Below, piece by piece: positions 60,388 through 64,000 of a stretch of DNA of 64,000 nucleotides; the stretch's first letter is position 1; each line of letters begins with the position of its first letter. This stretch comes from an uncultured Gemmataceae bacterium. GTDB lineage: Bacteria; Planctomycetota; Planctomycetia; Gemmatales; Gemmataceae. Position numbers and translations under genes: made by a program. Under the pieces are notes generated by a model. That model ran no database searches, was not told the DNA's origin, and saw only the letters and a list, made by a program, of their open reading frames with translations. Where the stretch lies: assembly GCA_963750165.1 (NCBI GenBank), contig CAVVPN010000012.1, positions 160,001 through 224,000 of the forward strand. The letters run 5' to 3'.

Positions 60388-61596
60388 TCACGCGCCGCCG
60401 GGCGACTCCGACTGCTGACGGGCCGCCAGCCGCGACGGCAGCGTCCACAGCGACGTGAAGCCCTGCGCCCACTGGCTGTCGAACATACCCAGATTGGTCT
60501 GGCTGGCCAGCCGGCCGTCGTACAGGCTGTGTGGACTGCGTCGGCCCAGGACCGTACACGACCCCTTGTACAACTTCAGCCGCACCTCGCCCGTCACGAA
60601 GCGCTGCGTCTGCTCGAAGAAGCTCTGCAGCGCCCGCCGGGCGTCGTGAAACCACAGCCCCATGTACACCAGCTCGGCGTAGCGCCGCCGCAGCCACTCG
60701 CGCAACTGGATCAGCTCGCGGCTGTGGACGAGCGTTTGCAGGTCGCGGTGCGCTGTCAACAGGATGGTCGGCGCCGGCGCCTCGTAAAACTCACGGCTCT
60801 TGATGCCGAACAGCCGATCCTCGACCACATCGCTGCGGCCGACGGCGTGTTCGCCGCCCAGACGGTTCAGCTCGCGCACCAGCGGTAGTGGCTCCAGGGG
60901 CGTACCGTTGAGGCTGCACGGCGTCCCCGCCTCGAAGCCGAGCGTCAACACGGCGGGCGTGTCCGGCGCCTGCTCGGGCGTGCAGGTCAGCGTGAAGGCG
61001 TCGGCGGGCGGCTCCTGCCAGGAATCTTCCAGGTCATTGAGGTACAGGCTGACACCCCAGAGGTTGCGGTCGATGCTGTAATGTCGGCCGGCCGGTTCCT
61101 CGACAGGCAGGCGGCGGCGGCGGGCGTAGTTGAGCTTGTCCTCCAGGGTGGTCAGGTTCCACTGCCGCACCGGCGTGAGCACTTGCAGCCGTGGATCCTG
61201 GGCGGCGATGGCCGTCTCCATGCGCACCTGGTCGTTGCCCTTGCTGGCGGCGCTGTGGGCGACGCTGCCGCAACCCTCTTCGTGGGCGGTGCGGACCAGT
61301 TCACGCGCGATCAGGTAGCGGGCCAGGGCGGAGCCGAGGAAGCAGCTCGATTGATACACGGCGTCGGCCTGTAGCAGCGGGAAGGCGAAGTCGCGCAGGA
61401 ACTCGGCGCGGCCGTCGATGACCTGAGCGGCGGACGCCCCGAGTTCGAGCGCCAGTTCGCCGAGCGGCTCCAGGTAGATTTCCTGGCCAAGGTTGATGGA
61501 CAGCGTCAGCACGTCGTAACCGCGCTCATGCACCAGCCAGTGCAGGGCCAGGCGCGATTCGAGGTCGCCGTTGAACGCCAGGATGGTACGCGGCAC
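60388..61596 (-). CDS. argG: Argininosuccinate synthase homolog with degenerate PP-loop
   Basis: KGNDQVR, YSIDRNLWG, GIKSRE.YEAP, G.V..KLYKG; GTG start inferred. Confidence 0.82.
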   Translation of the reverse strand: MPRTILAFNGDLESRLALHWLVHERGYDVLTLSINLGQEIYLEPLGELALELGASAAQVIDGRAEFLRDFAFPLLQADAVYQSSCFLGSALARYLIARELVRTAHEEGCGSVAHSAASKGNDQVRMETAIAAQDPRLQVLTPVRQWNLTTLEDKLNYARRRRLPVEEPAGRHYSIDRNLWGVSLYLNDLEDSWQEPPADAFTLTCTPEQAPDTPAVLTLGFEAGTPCSLNGTPLEPLPLVRELNRLGGEHAVGRSDVVEDRLFGIKSREFYEAPAPTILLTAHRDLQTLVHSRELIQLREWLRRRYAELVYMGLWFHDARRALQSFFEQTQRFVTGEVRLKLYKGSCTVLGRRSPHSLYDGRLASQTNLGMFDSQWAQGFTSLWTLPSRLAARQQSESPGGA

Positions 61597-61622
61597 ACTC
61601 GCTCCCACGTCGAAGAAAGAGG

Positions 61623-61731
61623 ATTCACCACAAAGACACAAAGGAACACAAAGGAAAAACAAGAACAGACAGGGCGAAGTCATCCTTTCCCAGCTGTCTT
61701 CTTTGTGTTTCTTTGTGTCTTTGTGGTGAAT
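61623..61731. repeat. Nonamer-arm hairpin (copy of 43410-43490)
   Basis: ATTCACCACAAAGACACAAAG ... CTTTGTGTCTTTGTGGTGAAT. Confidence 0.88.
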
Positions 61732-62670
61732 TCATTGGCTCAACAGTTCTTCCAGGTGCGTCACCACCGAGTCGCGCAGTGCGTCAAGATTGTAGCCGCC
61801 CTCCAGGCAGCTGACCACACGGCCGCCACAGTGCGCCCGCGCCACGCCGCGCACCACCCGCGTCAGCTCGGCGAAGTCGCCCGCCTCCAGACACAGGCCG
61901 CCGACCGGGTCCAGCACATGGGTATCGAAGCCGGCGCTAAGCAATACTAGCTCCGGTTTGATGTGGCCAGCGGCCGCTTCGACCGCGGCGGTGAACTGCT
62001 CCAGGAACTTGCCGCGGGTGATGCCGTAGCGTACCGGCACGTTGACGGTGCAGCCCAGGCCGGGGCCGGAGCCGGTTTCGTCCGCGGCGCCGCTGCCGGG
62101 GTAGAAGCCGTTGCCGTAGCGGTGAATGCTCAGGAAGAGCACGCGGCCGTCCTCATAGAAAATGTCCTGCGTGCCGTTGCCGTGATGCACGTCCCAATCG
62201 ACGATCAACAGCCGCGTCAGGCCGTGGGCGTCGATGGCGTGCAGCGCCGCCAGGGCGATGTTATTGAACAGGCAGAAGCCCATGCTGTGCATCGGCGTCG
62301 CGTGGTGGCCCGGCGGCCGCACCAGGCATAGGGCCGTCGTGTCGTGACCGCCGAGCACCGCATCGACCGCCGCCACCGCCGCGCCCGCCGCCGCCAACGC
62401 CACGTCCACCGAGCGCGGGCTGACCGGTGTGTCCGCCTCCAGGTGGCCGCCGCCGTGCCGGCACAGGTCCATTGCTGTGCGCAGCACCGTGGGCGTGTGT
62501 GCCCGCAGCACTGCCTCCGGCGCCAGCGGTTGGAACGTGCCCGGCGTGCAGCGCTGGCTGAGCCCCGCGGCGTCAATGCCGGCGTTGATCGCGAGCAGCC
62601 GCTGGGCGTTCTCGGGATGGCGGCCGGTGTCGTGGTCGAGGAACAGGGGATCGCGGTAGAGGAGCGTCAT
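61732..62670 (-). CDS. Histone deacetylase family protein
   Basis: HPE..RL, RPPGHHA, GFCLFNN, DWDVHHGNGTQ, SAGFD, LEGGY. Confidence 0.96.
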   Translation of the reverse strand: MTLLYRDPLFLDHDTGRHPENAQRLLAINAGIDAAGLSQRCTPGTFQPLAPEAVLRAHTPTVLRTAMDLCRHGGGHLEADTPVSPRSVDVALAAAGAAVAAVDAVLGGHDTTALCLVRPPGHHATPMHSMGFCLFNNIALAALHAIDAHGLTRLLIVDWDVHHGNGTQDIFYEDGRVLFLSIHRYGNGFYPGSGAADETGSGPGLGCTVNVPVRYGITRGKFLEQFTAAVEAAAGHIKPELVLLSAGFDTHVLDPVGGLCLEAGDFAELTRVVRGVARAHCGGRVVSCLEGGYNLDALRDSVVTHLEELLSQ

Positions 62671-62713
62671 GAACTTGTCCCTGCTACGGAATCGAGTCCG
62701 GTTCTTGTCATCG

Positions 62714-62785
62714 CCGGCGAGCGGCGCGGCGTCAGCCCGCCGGTAACTCGAGTTACCGGCGGGCTGACGCCGCGCCGCTCGCCGG
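62714..62785. repeat. Perfect 72-bp palindrome (GGCGTCAGCCCGCCG family)
   Basis: Two 36-bp arms centred on CTCGAG. Confidence 0.92.
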
Positions 62786-62798
62786 ACCATCAGTCATC

Positions 62799-64000
62799 TT
62801 ACTCCACGGTCAGCGCGGTCAGGTACGAATCGAACTCGCGCTGTTGCTGGAGCAGCGCCGCCTCCAGCTGACGGACCTGCTTCTGATGGGCGTCGATCTC
62901 CGCCTCGCGCGCCACGAACTTCTGCAGGAAGCTCTTGTACTCGTCCGACGTGGGTGGAATGATCTTGAGGTTCTCGCGCAGCCGGGCCTGGTCCTCCGTC
63001 AGAATCTTGAGCTGACCCTTCTGCTCGTCCAGCTTCCGCGTCGTCTCGATCCGCTGGCCGTTCAGGTCGAGATACTTCTTCAACGCCTCCTTGACGCTGG
63101 CGTTGACCGCTGGACTGGTCAGGTAGTCGCGCCGCAGTTCCTCAAGGGTCGCCTGCTTGAGCGACTCCTTGCGGTCCTGGTGGACGCGCTCCTCGGTCAC
63201 TTCCTTCAGGCCGGTCTTGTGCGCCGGCACCTTCAGCTCAAAGCGGTAGACGGCGGGCCCGGTCTGCTCGCCGTCGGGGCCGAGGCGCTTGTAGCCCTTG
63301 CGGACAATATGATCGACCGTGAACGTGCGGTCCTCGTCGCTGGTATTCTGGATGAAATACGTCTTCGATTCGCGCGTGCGCTGCGTCGGCACCAGCACGC
63401 CCTTGACGATCTTCAGGCTCAACAGTTCATCCGCTTCGACCTTGACGAGCGGCTTGACCTCGACACCGGCCGCGACCGCGTAGAACGGCGGCACGTCCTT
63501 ATTCGTCGTCAGCGACACCACGTCGATCCGCTTCTGATCCTCAACCACATCGAAGGCGCCGGTTTTGCCCGCGGGCACCGTCACCTGGAAGCGGTAGACG
63601 TCGCGGCTGCGTTCCTTCGGCTTCGCTGGCGAGACCAGCTGCCAGTCGCTGCGGATGGGGTGTTCGAGGATGACCTGGCGGTCACGCGGCGAACGGTTCT
63701 TGATGGTGTAGGTGCGGGTCTGCCGCAGTTTGTAATTGGCCGTCAGGTTGTCGCCGCCGATCTTGAAGTGCATGTCGGGGCTCGGCGTCACCTTGTTCGT
63801 GACCTTGACCTCGGTGCCCTGGTCGAGCGCGTAGCTCAACAAGCGCTCCTCGTTGGGTTGCAGGTCGAGGATGCGCGTGTCGCCGGCATAAGCGCCATCC
63901 TCGTAAACGGTGATCGGCCCCTGCGTCAGCGGCTGGCCGCTGGTGTTCTTCAGGCGCAGGCCCAGCAGCGGGTATTTCGCGTGAACGCTCTCGTTGTAGA
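62799..64000 (-). CDS. DUF4139-like protein, 3' part (start outside window)
   Basis: LLSYALD, TYTIKNRS...ILEHP, DQARLRENL; frame stays open to the right edge. Confidence 0.8.
   Translation of the reverse strand, partial: YNESVHAKYPLLGLRLKNTSGQPLTQGPITVYEDGAYAGDTRILDLQPNEERLLSYALDQGTEVKVTNKVTPSPDMHFKIGGDNLTANYKLRQTRTYTIKNRSPRDRQVILEHPIRSDWQLVSPAKPKERSRDVYRFQVTVPAGKTGAFDVVEDQKRIDVVSLTTNKDVPPFYAVAAGVEVKPLVKVEADELLSLKIVKGVLVPTQRTRESKTYFIQNTSDEDRTFTVDHIVRKGYKRLGPDGEQTGPAVYRFELKVPAHKTGLKEVTEERVHQDRKESLKQATLEELRRDYLTSPAVNASVKEALKKYLDLNGQRIETTRKLDEQKGQLKILTEDQARLRENLKIIPPTSDEYKSFLQKFVAREAEIDAHQKQVRQLEAALLQQQREFDSYLTALTVE

Overview
GC-rich bacterial window with Planctomycetota (Gemmataceae-like) hallmarks: TIGR03000, TIGR03067, TIGR02996 and DUF4058 proteins, an ECF sigma next to a Ser/Thr kinase, and a large WD40 protein. 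It holds about 50 genes or gene remnants. These include housekeeping genes (pyrD, speA, greA, nagA, pcs, argG-like, pncB-like, S41 protease, HDAC), two ECF modules, a sigma54 two-component transport module with its promoter, and an AAA+/VWA pair split by two inserted genes. An HTTM + membrane-partner pair is divergent from a secreted Gly/Cys/Tyr-repeat TIGR03000 gene that has a structured 5' leader. Intergenic DNA is packed with at least five families of palindromic REP/tandem-repeat hairpins, including one triple-nested element. Several gene-fragment scars mark past rearrangements. Nine single-base frameshifts in six genes look like long-read errors. No rRNA, tRNA, CRISPR array or transposase was recognised. 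All family calls come from motif recognition by eye, not database searches.
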